Below, piece by piece: positions 16,594 through 26,758 of a DNA stretch of 64,000 nucleotides (its first letter is position 1; each line of letters starts with the position of its first letter). Position numbers and translations under genes: made by a program. The DNA comes from Porphyromonadaceae bacterium (GTDB lineage: Bacteria; Bacteroidota; Bacteroidia; Bacteroidales; UBA12481), in NCBI GenBank assembly GCA_007280905.1, contig QYQM01000038.1, positions 744-64,743 of the forward strand, read 5' to 3'. The notes beneath the pieces are model-generated. The model was not told the DNA's origin, made no database searches, and was given only the letters and a program-made list of their open reading frames with translations.

Positions 16594-17394
16594 TTATTCA
16601 AAAGTAAATCTTGCCGCAAATACCTGGCGGTTATCCGCTTTGTTCTTAATGAATCCATGGAAAATATTCCGGTTCTGACTGTATTCCGGAACCAGAACCA
16701 GCAGTTCGTCGAGGTGTTTAACTTCGGATATGAAATTCACTTCCACTTCGCGGAGTTTCCCGTTAAGGAGTAGGTCTACCGGTATCTCATTGATTATCCA
16801 TTCGATATATCTGCTGTTATTCACATGGTTATTCATATCCAGGTGTCCGAATTCGGCAGCCAGCTCCTTCACTTTTGTCAGATTTTCATGCCAGCCGATT
16901 TTTGCGGGCTTATCGGAGATCGCGTGAAAAGAAGCCAGGTCGCCCGTTTCATATTCTTTACCGATGAGCCTCACCGGCCGCCGGCTGGCAAGATCTATCA
17001 GCGTCCAGGCGGTAGATCCTGCCATCTGTATATTCCGCCGGCTATCGAGGATCTGAAAATCCCGGTAAGCCACCACCCCTTCCATCAGTTTGGGCCAGGT
17101 TCTCAGAGTAATATTCTCGCCCCATAAAGGTTGCCTGTTAATCAGCATTTTATACCTGATCAGTACCCAGGCTTGGTTTCGACGGACCAATTCTTCAAAA
17201 CCCCAACCGCGGCGGGCGGCATCGCGACCGGCGGCATCGCCGAGTATGCCGAAGGCAGCCGGGATACTGAGTCGTTTAAAAGGATCAAGGAGGAATGAGA
17301 AAACAGGGTATGTCTCTTCATATATGGGTAATACAGCGTTCATCGGTTTATCTTCCAATATCATAATTGGTCGGGAGAGTGAAAAACTGGTCAA
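16594..17394 (-). CDS. acyl-ACP thioesterase family protein (start uncertain: 17394, 17364 or 17343)
   Basis: Double hot-dog layout, with YRDFQI and DMNNHVNNSRYIEWI motifs typical of the family. Confidence 0.75.
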   Translation of the reverse strand: MTSFSLSRPIMILEDKPMNAVLPIYEETYPVFSFLLDPFKRLSIPAAFGILGDAAGRDAARRGWGFEELVRRNQAWVLIRYKMLINRQPLWGENITLRTWPKLMEGVVAYRDFQILDSRRNIQMAGSTAWTLIDLASRRPVRLIGKEYETGDLASFHAISDKPAKIGWHENLTKVKELAAEFGHLDMNNHVNNSRYIEWIINEIPVDLLLNGKLREVEVNFISEVKHLDELLVLVPEYSQNRNIFHGFIKNKADNRQVFAARFTFE

Positions 17395-17421
17395 TTTTAA
17401 ACAATTTTACCGAGGAAAACC

Positions 17422-18084
17422 ATGAAGAAAGTCTCCTACATACAGGCTTTGATAAATGAAGGCGAGCATCAGCAACAGGATTTCAAATTCGGGATAACCG
17501 ATTCCAGGAAAATCGCGCGGTCGCTAGTAGCTTTTGCTAACACCGATGGGGGCCGACTTCTCATTGGAGTAAAGGATAACGGAATTATTGCCGGCGTTAG
17601 ATCGGAGGAGGAGTATTATATGATTGAATCCGCGGCACAGCTGTATTCCAAACCTGAAATACGCTTTGAATCAAAAGTCTGGAAGGATGAGGGTAAAACC
17701 GTTCTGGAAGTGTGGGCACCACCCAGCCCTTTACGACCACATTTCGTAAAGGAAGATGCAGGAGTTTGGCAGGCCTATGTCCGATCAAGGGATGAAAATA
17801 TCCAGGCGGATGAAGTACTGATTTCGGTCTGGCAAAAGATGAAGCAAAAAAAGGGCACATTGATCCGCTACACCAAAATTGAGGAAGAGCTTTTCAGGCT
17901 TTTTCAGACCAGGGATCAGATCACATTGAGCGATTTCAGAAAAAACGCCAGGATTACTTCTAAACAGGCCGTTGAAACTCTTGCCAACCTGATAGTGCTC
18001 CGGCTGATCCTTCAGGTTGTAGCTTCCCCCGAATCTTTTTTCAGGATAAACCAAGAATTCACGGCCTCCGCAGCCGGAAAATGA
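17422..18084 (+). CDS. AlbA_2/Schlafen-like putative DNA-binding domain protein
   Basis: EGEHQQQDFKFG...IARSLVAFANTDGGRLLIGVKDNGIIAGV matches the AlbA_2 (divergent AAA-4) N-terminal signature. Confidence 0.7.
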   Translation: MKKVSYIQALINEGEHQQQDFKFGITDSRKIARSLVAFANTDGGRLLIGVKDNGIIAGVRSEEEYYMIESAAQLYSKPEIRFESKVWKDEGKTVLEVWAPPSPLRPHFVKEDAGVWQAYVRSRDENIQADEVLISVWQKMKQKKGTLIRYTKIEEELFRLFQTRDQITLSDFRKNARITSKQAVETLANLIVLRLILQVVASPESFFRINQEFTASAAGK

Positions 18085-18742
18085 AACCCGTGCCGCGCAC
18101 CGTTTCAATCGAGACTGATTCTTCAGAAACCAGATATTTTCGCAGGCGGCTAACGAACACATCCATGCTCCGGCCCAGGAAATAGTCGTTTTCGCCCCAA
18201 ACCTCGGTCAGGATTTCCTCCCTCTTAACCAGTTTATTTTCATGCTGCAGCATATATTTTAGCAGCATTCCCTCTTTCAGGGTAAGTTTATGAGTACCAT
18301 CCGGGGTAACTAATTCCAGCTCCTGAAAATTAAAACTGATGCGTCCGATCTGAAACTCATCCGAGTCCTGAATTCCCGATCTTTTCAGGATATTATTGAC
18401 CCGTAGCACCAGCTCATCCACCTCGAAAGGTTTGGTGATATAATCATCGGCACCGATTTTCAACCCCCGGATCCGGTCCTCTTTCAGGCTTCGGGCCGTA
18501 AGAAACAGGAATGGAATATCGTGATTGTGTTTAGAAATCTTTTCAGCCAGTTCAAAACCATCCATTTTGGGCATCATCACATCCAAAATGCAAATGGTTG
18601 GCACCACCTTGAGAAAATGCGCCCAGGCTTCCTCGCCATCACGGGCCAGCAATACGGTAAACCCTTGCATCTCAAGGTATTGGGCGAGAATGTTACCAAG
18701 ATCCGGATCATCCTCAGCCAGGAGAATTCTGATTTTTTCCAT
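18059..18742 (-). CDS. OmpR/PhoB-family response regulator
   Basis: Receiver domain (LLAEDD...ILDVMMPKMDG...KIGADDYITKPF) plus a winged-helix C-terminus (VFVSRLRKYL...IETVRGTGF). Confidence 0.92.
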   Translation of the reverse strand: MEKIRILLAEDDPDLGNILAQYLEMQGFTVLLARDGEEAWAHFLKVVPTICILDVMMPKMDGFELAEKISKHNHDIPFLFLTARSLKEDRIRGLKIGADDYITKPFEVDELVLRVNNILKRSGIQDSDEFQIGRISFNFQELELVTPDGTHKLTLKEGMLLKYMLQHENKLVKREEILTEVWGENDYFLGRSMDVFVSRLRKYLVSEESVSIETVRGTGFIFRLRRP

Positions 18743-20111
18743 GGACAGGCAGAATTAGGGTGAATGTACTTCCTTTGCCGGGCCGGCTTGAAACATCGAT
18801 GCTTCCGCCATGAGCTTCCACAATCTGTTTCACATAGAACAGCCCAAGGCCCAGGCCTTTGACTTTATGAACGTTACCGGTAGAAACACGGTAAAACTTA
18901 TCGAAAATATGCTTTTGATCTTCTTTACCGATGCCTATACCATTATCGGTTACTGAAATACGTAACCGGTCGTCACAGGATACCTCCAAAATAACCTCCG
19001 GATCCTGCGAGTTGTATTTTACGGCATTGATCAGCAAATTATGGAGGGCAACTGTCATCTGAACCTCATCCAGGTAGGCTGTTTTGGTAATAAAAGTAAA
19101 TCGCTCCTCAAGCTTGCACTGTTTTTCATTGCATTCCCACCGAAAGGCTTCTGCAAGGCCAAAAAAGAATGGCTCCAGATCCAGCATCCGCCGGTCAAGG
19201 GAAAACTGTTTCCTTTCCCACATGCTGATTTCAAGCAGATGATTGATCTGTTTTGTCAGCTGGCGGTTCTGCCGGCGAATGACCGAAACCGTTTCCTTTA
19301 TTTTTGCCCGGTCATCCAGGATGGTATCATTTTCGAGTGTCCGCGTGGCAATGGATATTGTTGAAAGGGGTGTTTTAAGTTCATGCGTCATATTATTGAT
19401 AAAATCTGTCTTTAATTGAGACAGACGCCGTTCTTCCATCAGGTTTCGCATCGAAAATAAAAATATTAAACTAACGGCGGCAAGGGCAAGAAATGCAATT
19501 AGAAGGCTTCCGGCTACTTCCTTTAGCACAATCGATTTTTTATTATTGAAATCCACGTAATAGTCTATCCCTATCTCAAAATGGTCGGCATAATAGGAAT
19601 AGTGATTAACCGGAATCTGATTCAACCTGATATTCAGGGTATCAGGATAGGTCCAGGCAGAATCGCTTACCTTATTAAAAACTTTCACTACTTTCTGATT
19701 ATCGAATAATACCAGGTTGGTAATACTAAAATTCGACTGAAAAGTAGTTTCCACTTTCATCTTCTTCAGATATCCTGTCAATAGGCTGTCAAGATTCTGC
19801 TTTTGAACCAGAGTTTTATGAAAACCTTTAAGTACCACCTCTTTAAATTTGACAGTATCCGATGATTCCGGTATATATAAAGGCAGCACCTTCAGAGATT
19901 GGCCGTTCAGGAAATAGTACGCTGAGGCTAAACCCCGGTTGTCGCCTCTTTTATCAATATAAGCAAGCCCTTTTTGCAATATCTCCCTGTACCGGTAATC
20001 AAACTTTTCGGTTTCAAGTCGATAAATCCGGGTCACCAGAAATATCTCAATACCAACCACAATAAGGATAGCCAGAGCAGATAAGATTAGTATGGTCAGA
20101 TTCTTTTTCAT
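18714..20111 (-). CDS. sensor histidine kinase
   Basis: TM segments, an H-box (FINNMTHELKTPLS), an N-box (LLINAVKY) and G-boxes (DNGIGI, GLGLGL). It overlaps the response-regulator start by 29 nt. Confidence 0.9.
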   Translation of the reverse strand: MKKNLTILILSALAILIVVGIEIFLVTRIYRLETEKFDYRYREILQKGLAYIDKRGDNRGLASAYYFLNGQSLKVLPLYIPESSDTVKFKEVVLKGFHKTLVQKQNLDSLLTGYLKKMKVETTFQSNFSITNLVLFDNQKVVKVFNKVSDSAWTYPDTLNIRLNQIPVNHYSYYADHFEIGIDYYVDFNNKKSIVLKEVAGSLLIAFLALAAVSLIFLFSMRNLMEERRLSQLKTDFINNMTHELKTPLSTISIATRTLENDTILDDRAKIKETVSVIRRQNRQLTKQINHLLEISMWERKQFSLDRRMLDLEPFFFGLAEAFRWECNEKQCKLEERFTFITKTAYLDEVQMTVALHNLLINAVKYNSQDPEVILEVSCDDRLRISVTDNGIGIGKEDQKHIFDKFYRVSTGNVHKVKGLGLGLFYVKQIVEAHGGSIDVSSRPGKGSTFTLILPVHGKNQNSPG

Positions 20112-20233
20112 TATTCCGGAATAAAAATAGTTTAAATTCTTTCGGTAAAATGGGATTAACCTGACATTAACCCGGCATTAACGCTATCTGCATCAACAGC
20201 ATCGTACATTTGACTCGGAAATCAATTAAAAAA

Positions 20234-20989
20234 ATGAATATGAAAACAAAAATTTCAATCTCGGTTCTGTTGATTATCCTGATCACCTCCCTGATAACGG
20301 TTATGGGTCAGGAACAAACAGATAAAAAGAAGCAGGAAGCGGATGCTAAAAAAAGAAAGGAACAAGTAACCATTATTGTTGACACGCAAAAAGATGCTGA
20401 AAAAGATCTGCAAAAAGCCATGGAAGAATCCCTGGCGGCTGAAGAAAAGGCGCTAAAGGCAAGAAAAGATAATGGTTATCTGGATAATAAAGAATTCTAT
20501 AAACAAGCTGAAGCCCTTCAATTCTCCAAAAAGAAGCTTCAGGAAGAGATGAAAGCCCAGGGTGTTTATGAGCCCTTCATTAATTACTCATTCACGCCTC
20601 CCATGCGGTGGAAAACGGAAGATAACGGGATGTCCAATGTGTACAGCATTTATGGCGGCGACCATGAAAACACCTCCTTAAGCATCAGTAAAACCCTGGA
20701 GGAGGTAACCTTTTCCACCGACTTTTCCTATGATGTTAAAGATGAATCATCCAGCGTCAGCTTTTTCGTATCGGGATCCATGAAAGCCGGTGAATTGAAA
20801 ATCACCCTGAAAAAGCCGGATAAAACCGCTTTCCAGGAAATCACAATCTCCCCGCTGGCGGATGTCAACTGGAATCAGACCTTCAGGTGGGATGAAGGTG
20901 AGACTGAAGGATATCTGGGTAAATGGATTATTTCAATCTCAGCAGCCAAGGCAAACGGCAATTACCGGGTACAGGTGAATTCGAGATAG
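20234..20989 (+). CDS. secreted hypothetical protein
   Basis: The tracked ORF starts on TTG at 20210. The first ATG is at 20234 (MNMKTKISISVLLIILITSLITVMGQ), which gives a signal peptide. A Lys/Glu-rich helix and a beta-rich C-terminus follow. Confidence 0.6.
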   Translation: MNMKTKISISVLLIILITSLITVMGQEQTDKKKQEADAKKRKEQVTIIVDTQKDAEKDLQKAMEESLAAEEKALKARKDNGYLDNKEFYKQAEALQFSKKKLQEEMKAQGVYEPFINYSFTPPMRWKTEDNGMSNVYSIYGGDHENTSLSISKTLEEVTFSTDFSYDVKDESSSVSFFVSGSMKAGELKITLKKPDKTAFQEITISPLADVNWNQTFRWDEGETEGYLGKWIISISAAKANGNYRVQVNSR

Positions 20990-21009
20990 AAAGGGACGCC
21001 TTTAAGAAG

Positions 21010-21116
21010 AGCACGCGGATTTACGCGGATGCTGCGCAACGCGGATTTAAGCGGATTTAAATTAAAAAATCCGTCTTAATCCGCGTTCCCGCAGGGATCC
21101 GCGTAAATCCGCGTGC
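21010..21116. repeat. about 107-nt imperfect palindromic element (CGCGGAT-rich family), copy 1
   Basis: The outer 21-bp arms agcacgcggatttacgcggat / atccgcgtaaatccgcgtgct pair perfectly. The element shares the core aatccgcgttcccgcagggatccg with copy 2. Confidence 0.85.
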
Positions 21117-21167
21117 TATTTTTATCTTTACCTCCCTAAATAACATTAATAAACAAAATCTTAATAC

Positions 21168-22847
21168 ATGAAACCAACCCGCATGATCGTAATACTGGCG
21201 GTGGCACTGTTAGCCACCGGCCTGGCGAAAGCACAGCATGATCCCATCCAGATGGGATTGAATGCAATCACTAAAGAAGCGATTAAAGGACAATTAGACT
21301 TTCTGGCTTCAGATTGGACCGAAGGCCGTGAAACCTCAACAAAAGGTGAATTCATGGCAGGGGATTTCATTGCCTCAGTTTTCCAAATCTACGGTGTTCA
21401 GCCTGCCGGTGATATGGCTGGCGGCGGTTATTCTTTCAGCGCGGATCAGATGTACCTCTATATGTCAGGCGACCGGCCTAAAATGGCACCTCCCACCCGC
21501 AGCTATTTTCAGAATATTCCATTTGTTCAAACCCTCACCAGTGAATCCAGTATGGAGCTGATTACCAAAGAAGGCTCGGTAGAACGCAGATTTCTTTTGA
21601 GCAAAGGGAACGATTTCAATTTTTGGGGTGGAGGAGCCGGTCAGGATATTACGGCTCCGGTAGTATTCATCGGCTACGGATATAAAAATGATTCGGTTGG
21701 TTATGATGATTTTAAAGGAATCGATGTTAAAGGAAAGATAGTTCTAAGGATCAACGGATTACCCGGAATGAAGGATACTCTTTCAGTGGCTTACAAAAAG
21801 CTGAACCTGAAAGACAGGAATGCGATGTATAAAACCTATGAGGTTAAGGATAACCTGTTGAAAAAATTTGAAGTTGCCGGGGTTATTGATTATCCGGGGT
21901 ATCCCCAGGGTTCGCCTGCCAATTATCCTTTCAGATTTAATACCAGGATATATGAAGGAGATAAAAGACTTAATTCCGGCCAGTTAGACATCAGCCTGCC
22001 AGTTGATACTCTGACCTCAGCCATACTGAACATTTCAGCTTCACCGAAAATTTTAACCGAGCTCATGAATGGTGCGGGCATTAACATCAAGGAGTTTGAA
22101 GAAAATGCCGCTAAGCTCAAACCTGGCTCAAAAGAGATGAAGGGTAAATCAATCCATTTAATAAACACCGTCACCACTCAAACGGTTCGCGGCAGGAATG
22201 TATTGGCGAAGATAGAAGGCGAGAATCCGAATGAAGTTATCGTGGTAGGCGCACATTATGATCATCTTGGTACCTACAATGGATATATATGGAACGGTGC
22301 CGACGACAATGCTTCGGGAACGGTCGGCGTGATGACCCTTGCCAAGGCTTTTATCGCATCGGGAGTGAAGCCCAAAAAGACCATCATTTTCGCAGCCTGG
22401 ACCGGTGAGGAAAAGGGTTTGCTGGGGTCGAACTATTGGGTGGACAAATATCCAAAAAAAGAGAATCTGGTATTGAACCTGAATTTCGATATGATATCCC
22501 GCAGGCCGGAAAAAGATACATCCGGGTTTAAGGCCGGGATGGATTATACCGAGGCCTACCCTATCCTGAAGAATCTGGTAGACAGTGCAAATACAAAATA
22601 TGAGCTGGGACTGGAAATAAAGTTCAGGCCTTCAAAGCAACCCATGGCGGGCACCGATTTTACGCCATTCTCGATGAAGAAAGTCCCGATTTACGGTTTT
22701 GATGCTGCCTTTACAGCAGATTATCACGGCGCAATGGACCATTCAGAAAAGGCGAATCTCGATTTGATGCAGAAGATCATCAAGGCAGGGTTCGTGAGCC
22801 TGTATGAGCTGGCGAATTCTGAGGGGAAGATCGAGCCGGCGAAATAA
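21168..22847 (+). CDS. M28-family aminopeptidase with PA (protease-associated) insert
   Basis: Signal peptide present. Zinc-ligand region reads VVGAHYDHLG...GADDNASGTVGVMTLAKAF...AAWTGEEKGLLGS. Confidence 0.88.
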   Translation: MKPTRMIVILAVALLATGLAKAQHDPIQMGLNAITKEAIKGQLDFLASDWTEGRETSTKGEFMAGDFIASVFQIYGVQPAGDMAGGGYSFSADQMYLYMSGDRPKMAPPTRSYFQNIPFVQTLTSESSMELITKEGSVERRFLLSKGNDFNFWGGGAGQDITAPVVFIGYGYKNDSVGYDDFKGIDVKGKIVLRINGLPGMKDTLSVAYKKLNLKDRNAMYKTYEVKDNLLKKFEVAGVIDYPGYPQGSPANYPFRFNTRIYEGDKRLNSGQLDISLPVDTLTSAILNISASPKILTELMNGAGINIKEFEENAAKLKPGSKEMKGKSIHLINTVTTQTVRGRNVLAKIEGENPNEVIVVGAHYDHLGTYNGYIWNGADDNASGTVGVMTLAKAFIASGVKPKKTIIFAAWTGEEKGLLGSNYWVDKYPKKENLVLNLNFDMISRRPEKDTSGFKAGMDYTEAYPILKNLVDSANTKYELGLEIKFRPSKQPMAGTDFTPFSMKKVPIYGFDAAFTADYHGAMDHSEKANLDLMQKIIKAGFVSLYELANSEGKIEPAK

Positions 22848-22853
22848 AATATT

Positions 22854-22961
22854 AGCACGCGGATGACACGGATCCCTGCGGGAACGCGGATTTATACGGA
22901 TTTTTTAATAAAAGATCCGCGATAATCCGCGTTCCCGCAGGGATCCGTGTCATCCGCGTGC
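22854..22961. repeat. about 108-nt palindromic element, copy 2, with perfect 38-bp arms; probable bidirectional terminator
   Basis: gcacgcggatgacacggatccctgcgggaacgcggatt pairs exactly with aatccgcgttcccgcagggatccgtgtcatccgcgtgc. It sits between convergent gene ends (22847 and 22967). Confidence 0.88.
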
Positions 22962-22966
22962 CATTC

Positions 22967-24454
22967 TTATTTTGCCCACACCGGCAGCGCCAGGTCGACA
23001 CCCAGTACGTAGATCATTAAAGAATAGAGGATTACCGGCAACAGGATCATACTGATGAGCTTCAGCCAGATGCCTGATTTGGCCATATCGGCTACGGTAA
23101 GCTTATTACTGGCAAAAATTACGGTATTCGGTCCGGTACCTGCAGGCATGATAAATACAAAGGAGGCAGCAAACGTTGCAGGAAGCATCAGTATTACCGG
23201 GTTAATACTGCCAGCTACAGCAATGCTGGCGAGTATAGGCAGGAAAATGTTGGCTGTTGCCGTATTGGAATTCATTTCCGTGAACAGCAGCACGGCACCG
23301 CACACAATAATCAAAATAATCAACGTTGGGAAACCGCTTACAAATGCCAGCTGCAGGCCGATCCAGTCGGCCAGGCCTGTAGCTTTAAAACCCGTGGCCA
23401 ACGCATATCCGCCACCAACGATAACCCCAACTCCCCAGGGCACAGAGCTGGCCGATTTCCAGTCGAGCAAGCGTTTCTTTTCTTGTCCGGACGGAAGCAT
23501 AAACAGCAGCAGGGCACCCAGCATACCAACCGTGCTATCCTGCACATATTTACTGACCCCAAGCAATGAACTCCAGCCCGGGATCACTGTTTGGTCAAAA
23601 GTGAAGCCTTCGCGGAAAATCCACCCCAGGGTGGTGAAAATAAAAATGTACATGACCCGCTTTTCGCCGGGCGACATTTTTCCCATTGCTTTGAGTTCAT
23701 CATTGATCAGCTCTCGGTTTCCGGGTATCGTTCCTTTGATCTTAAAATAAAAGGCCAGGTAATACCATATGAGTGGAAGAAAAATAATCATGATCGGGAT
23801 TCCCACTTTGAGCCAATCGAAAAAACTGATTTTCGGGGCAAGAGGAAACAGTTTGTCCATGATCCCCACATAAATAAGGTTAGTAGGGGATCCGATCAGT
23901 GTGGCCACACCTCCGATGCTCGCTGCAAAGGCAATGCCCAGCATAAGGGCGGCACCGAATTTGGGATTTGAATTTCCCAGAGTTTCCTCCTTTGAAATAA
24001 TTGCCATCCCGATGGGGAGCATCATAAGTGCTGCTGTAACATTGGCGATCCACATCGAAAGAAAGGCGGTAGCCAGCATGATACTCAGAAGGATCAGCTG
24101 TCGGCTCGTACCCAGGGCTTTGATGAGAACAAGAGAAATCCTCTTATGAAGATTCTGATTTTCAATTGCTTTTGCGATAAAAAAACCTGAAATCATCAAC
24201 TGGACCAGATCGTGACCATAGTTTACTGCCGTTTCGCCAGCTGGTAAAACTTTCAATACCGGGAACAAAACCATAGGCAAAAAGGCAGTGGCATAGATCG
24301 GAATAGCCTCCGTGATCCACCAGATTGCCATCAGAAGAGCCACTGCAGCAGCATTTCGCGCAGCTACCGACATACCTGATGGAACTGGCAGTGCAAGCAT
24401 TATGATCAGGAAAACTATGCCTCCGATGAGGCCCTGGTACTTGATGGATTTCAT
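22967..24454 (-). CDS. SLC13/DASS-family anion (sulfate/di-tricarboxylate):sodium symporter
   Basis: 495 aa polytopic protein. Two SNTAT / SPTN re-entrant-loop motifs are present (GSPTNLIY and NSNTATANIFLPI). Confidence 0.85.
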   Translation of the reverse strand: MKSIKYQGLIGGIVFLIIMLALPVPSGMSVAARNAAAVALLMAIWWITEAIPIYATAFLPMVLFPVLKVLPAGETAVNYGHDLVQLMISGFFIAKAIENQNLHKRISLVLIKALGTSRQLILLSIMLATAFLSMWIANVTAALMMLPIGMAIISKEETLGNSNPKFGAALMLGIAFAASIGGVATLIGSPTNLIYVGIMDKLFPLAPKISFFDWLKVGIPIMIIFLPLIWYYLAFYFKIKGTIPGNRELINDELKAMGKMSPGEKRVMYIFIFTTLGWIFREGFTFDQTVIPGWSSLLGVSKYVQDSTVGMLGALLLFMLPSGQEKKRLLDWKSASSVPWGVGVIVGGGYALATGFKATGLADWIGLQLAFVSGFPTLIILIIVCGAVLLFTEMNSNTATANIFLPILASIAVAGSINPVILMLPATFAASFVFIMPAGTGPNTVIFASNKLTVADMAKSGIWLKLISMILLPVILYSLMIYVLGVDLALPVWAK

Positions 24455-24496
24455 TGTGCCGTAAAGCTTTTACTTAGATCCGTTGTTGGTGACGGG

Positions 24497-24519
24497 GTCC
24501 CCGCTTTCGCGGGGATGAC
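24497..24519. repeat. REP-like hairpin element, copy d
   Basis: gtccccgctttcgcggggatgac, one loop change relative to the consensus. Confidence 0.8.
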
Positions 24520-24560
24520 AATAGCTAATGCGGGCCGTCAGTTAAGCCCGCAAGAGCGTT

Positions 24561-24606
24561 GTCATCCCGACGAAGCCTGCCCCCGCGGAAGCGGGGGGTC
24601 GGGATC
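24561..24606. repeat. nested hairpin, inverted-orientation REP relative
   Basis: The outer stem atcccgac (24564-24571) pairs with gtcgggat (24598-24605). The inner stem cccccgc-ggaa-gcggggg spans 24580-24597. The element begins with gtcatccc, the reverse complement of the REP end gggatgac. Confidence 0.75.
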
Positions 24607-24638
24607 CCCTCCCTGACAACGGAATTCACCAAAGACGA

Positions 24639-25667
24639 TCAATAATAAGTGTAGGTATATACTTCCACGAAGTCAACACCTGTCCGGGTAATTTTCGATG
24701 GCCGGGTCTTGGCATCAAATTCATAGGTTATGGTTGTTCTTTTCTTAACCACTGTGACCCGGGGATCCCAGTACTCGAGGTAGTCAACCAGTTTTTTGCT
24801 TGATTTCCCGAACAGGTTACTACAAGGTAAAGTATTGCTGTCGACCATACTGGCTTGATGAATGTTATTCACATTTTCACCAATGGCGGCATAGGTAAAC
24901 TCCTTAATCTTTTTCGAGGTTACACCATCATCATCAAAAGTGGTGTGTTTCATGATATTGCCATTGGTGATCACAGCCTGCATTTTTAAATGATCAGCAC
25001 CGCCCCAGTGTTCAATGACTTTCAACAGGTATCCGTCGGCATCATACTCATAGGCAGCATATTCGCCTCCACCCCAATCTTCCTTGGTTACCATCCCGTT
25101 GGCGTTGATATCATAAACGGTTGCTGAAGAGCCTTTGGTAATAGTCAGCTTGCCGGCTACCGAATAATCATAGGTGATGGTCTTGTCGAGGTCCACATTC
25201 CAATAATCATCGATCTTTGTTATTCTTCTGGTAACGGCATCATAAAAGAATTCATATTTTTCAAGATCCGGAGGATAGGCAACCCCGATGGTTTTGATCA
25301 GCGAAGCGGTCGAGAAAGTAACATCAGCACCATAAGAGGTGCCTTCACCATTGGTTGCGTAAGCCCGCACATGGTAGAGCTGACCGGGGGTTAAGCCGGT
25401 GATGGTGCTGGTAAAGGTGCCAGCTCCTGTGCCGTCGGAAGTCTTGGAATCGGCTACTGATGGATTTACAGCAGCGCCCCAGCAAACACCGCGGGCGGTG
25501 ACTGCCGAGGTTCCCTCGTCGGTGATATTCCCACCGGAAACTGCGCCGGTTTCGGAGATCGAAGAGACAGCTGTCGTGGTAACAACCGGAGGATCAGATT
25601 TCTTGCATGAAGAAAACGGAATGGCCATGATAACAGCCAGCGCAAATAAACAAATCTGCTTTTTCAT
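24639..25667 (-). CDS. lipoprotein, Ig/FN3-like N-domain plus YD-like beta-rich C-domain
   Basis: Lipobox (AIPFSSCKK). The N-domain reads TTTAVSSISETGAVSGGNITDEG...GLTPGQLYHVRAYATNGEGTSYG. The C-terminal part is rich in repeated YDY / YEYD segments. Confidence 0.6.
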   Translation of the reverse strand: MKKQICLFALAVIMAIPFSSCKKSDPPVVTTTAVSSISETGAVSGGNITDEGTSAVTARGVCWGAAVNPSVADSKTSDGTGAGTFTSTITGLTPGQLYHVRAYATNGEGTSYGADVTFSTASLIKTIGVAYPPDLEKYEFFYDAVTRRITKIDDYWNVDLDKTITYDYSVAGKLTITKGSSATVYDINANGMVTKEDWGGGEYAAYEYDADGYLLKVIEHWGGADHLKMQAVITNGNIMKHTTFDDDGVTSKKIKEFTYAAIGENVNNIHQASMVDSNTLPCSNLFGKSSKKLVDYLEYWDPRVTVVKKRTTITYEFDAKTRPSKITRTGVDFVEVYTYTYY

Positions 25668-25711
25668 TTTACTATTAATTTAGAGTTAAAAAAAGATTTA
25701 TATGTGATGTT

Positions 25712-26728
25712 TTAATTGTTTCCGGCTATAATTATGAGGGCCAATCCTGCGGTAAAAAGTAAAAACATCATCGCCAGCAACCAGTTTACCGATTTGTTTG
25801 CTCCTTTAAATTCTTTCCAGATAAAAACTCCCCACAAAGCACCTATCATGGTGGCGCACTGCCCCAGACCAAAAGAGATGGCATATCCGGCCTTATTGGC
25901 TGCCAAAAGGCTCAGACAGGTTCCCAGTGCCCATACCATCCCGCCGATAATTCCTGATAGGTGGCTTCGGAAATTGCCATTGAAATATTGTTTGAAACTT
26001 ACCGGCGCACCTTCAATAGGCTTTTTCATCAGATAGGTATTGAATAAGAAATTACTAACGAGGACACCTATTGAAAAAAAGAAAAATGCAGCATAAGGTG
26101 TCAGTTTCCCGGCTTCGGCCATTCCGGCCCCGGTATTTTCAGGATCCGATGCAATCGCACTTGCTATAAAACGAAAGAACCAGGCCATTAAAAATCCAGC
26201 CACTACCGATAGAGCAATCCCCTGGGTGGGAGTTTTCTTTTTGATTATTGCAAGTTTCTTATAGGCTATGGCATCAATTATAATGGCAACCAGTACAATG
26301 CCCATACCAATAAACAGGAACACCGGATTGCCTTTTGGAGTGGCTATATAATTTATAATTACTCCCAAAACCATACAAAGGCCTACCCCAACCGGAAAAG
26401 CTATTGCCAATCCGGCGATGGATATAGCTGCTACCAAAAGTATATTCGAAAGGTTAAAAATAACTCCTCCGATTATAGGATTGACAATGCTTGAAACACT
26501 AGCCTGGCTTATGCTCGCGGCAAAGCTCATCCCTTTCGCGCCGGAACTGCCAAAAGTGAGGCCAAACAGCAACGAAAACAGGAGCATACCCAGAACATAA
26601 TCCCAGTAAAAAAGTTCGAATCTCCAGCTTTTAGCGGCAATTTTCTGAGTGTTCGCCCACGATCCCCAGCAAAGCATGGTAATGAAGCAGAAGACGACTG
26701 CCATTGTGTAACTACTTACGATAAACAT
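25712..26728 (-). CDS. DMT-superfamily sugar permease (GRP/RhaT-like), last gene of the PUL strand block
   Basis: 338 aa with about ten hydrophobic segments. The N-terminal CWGSWANTQK motif resembles sugar-transporter members of the DMT superfamily. Confidence 0.65.
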   Translation of the reverse strand: MFIVSSYTMAVVFCFITMLCWGSWANTQKIAAKSWRFELFYWDYVLGMLLFSLLFGLTFGSSGAKGMSFAASISQASVSSIVNPIIGGVIFNLSNILLVAAISIAGLAIAFPVGVGLCMVLGVIINYIATPKGNPVFLFIGMGIVLVAIIIDAIAYKKLAIIKKKTPTQGIALSVVAGFLMAWFFRFIASAIASDPENTGAGMAEAGKLTPYAAFFFFSIGVLVSNFLFNTYLMKKPIEGAPVSFKQYFNGNFRSHLSGIIGGMVWALGTCLSLLAANKAGYAISFGLGQCATMIGALWGVFIWKEFKGANKSVNWLLAMMFLLFTAGLALIIIAGNN

Positions 26729-26758
26729 GGTTATTTGTATTAGTTGTTATTAAATTAT

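Noticed and set aside
18714-18742. 29-nt overlap between the histidine kinase end and the response regulator start, considered as a possible frameshift or pseudogene
   Set aside because: Both proteins are full-length with all expected motifs. Overlapping two-component genes are common, and no frame disruption is visible.
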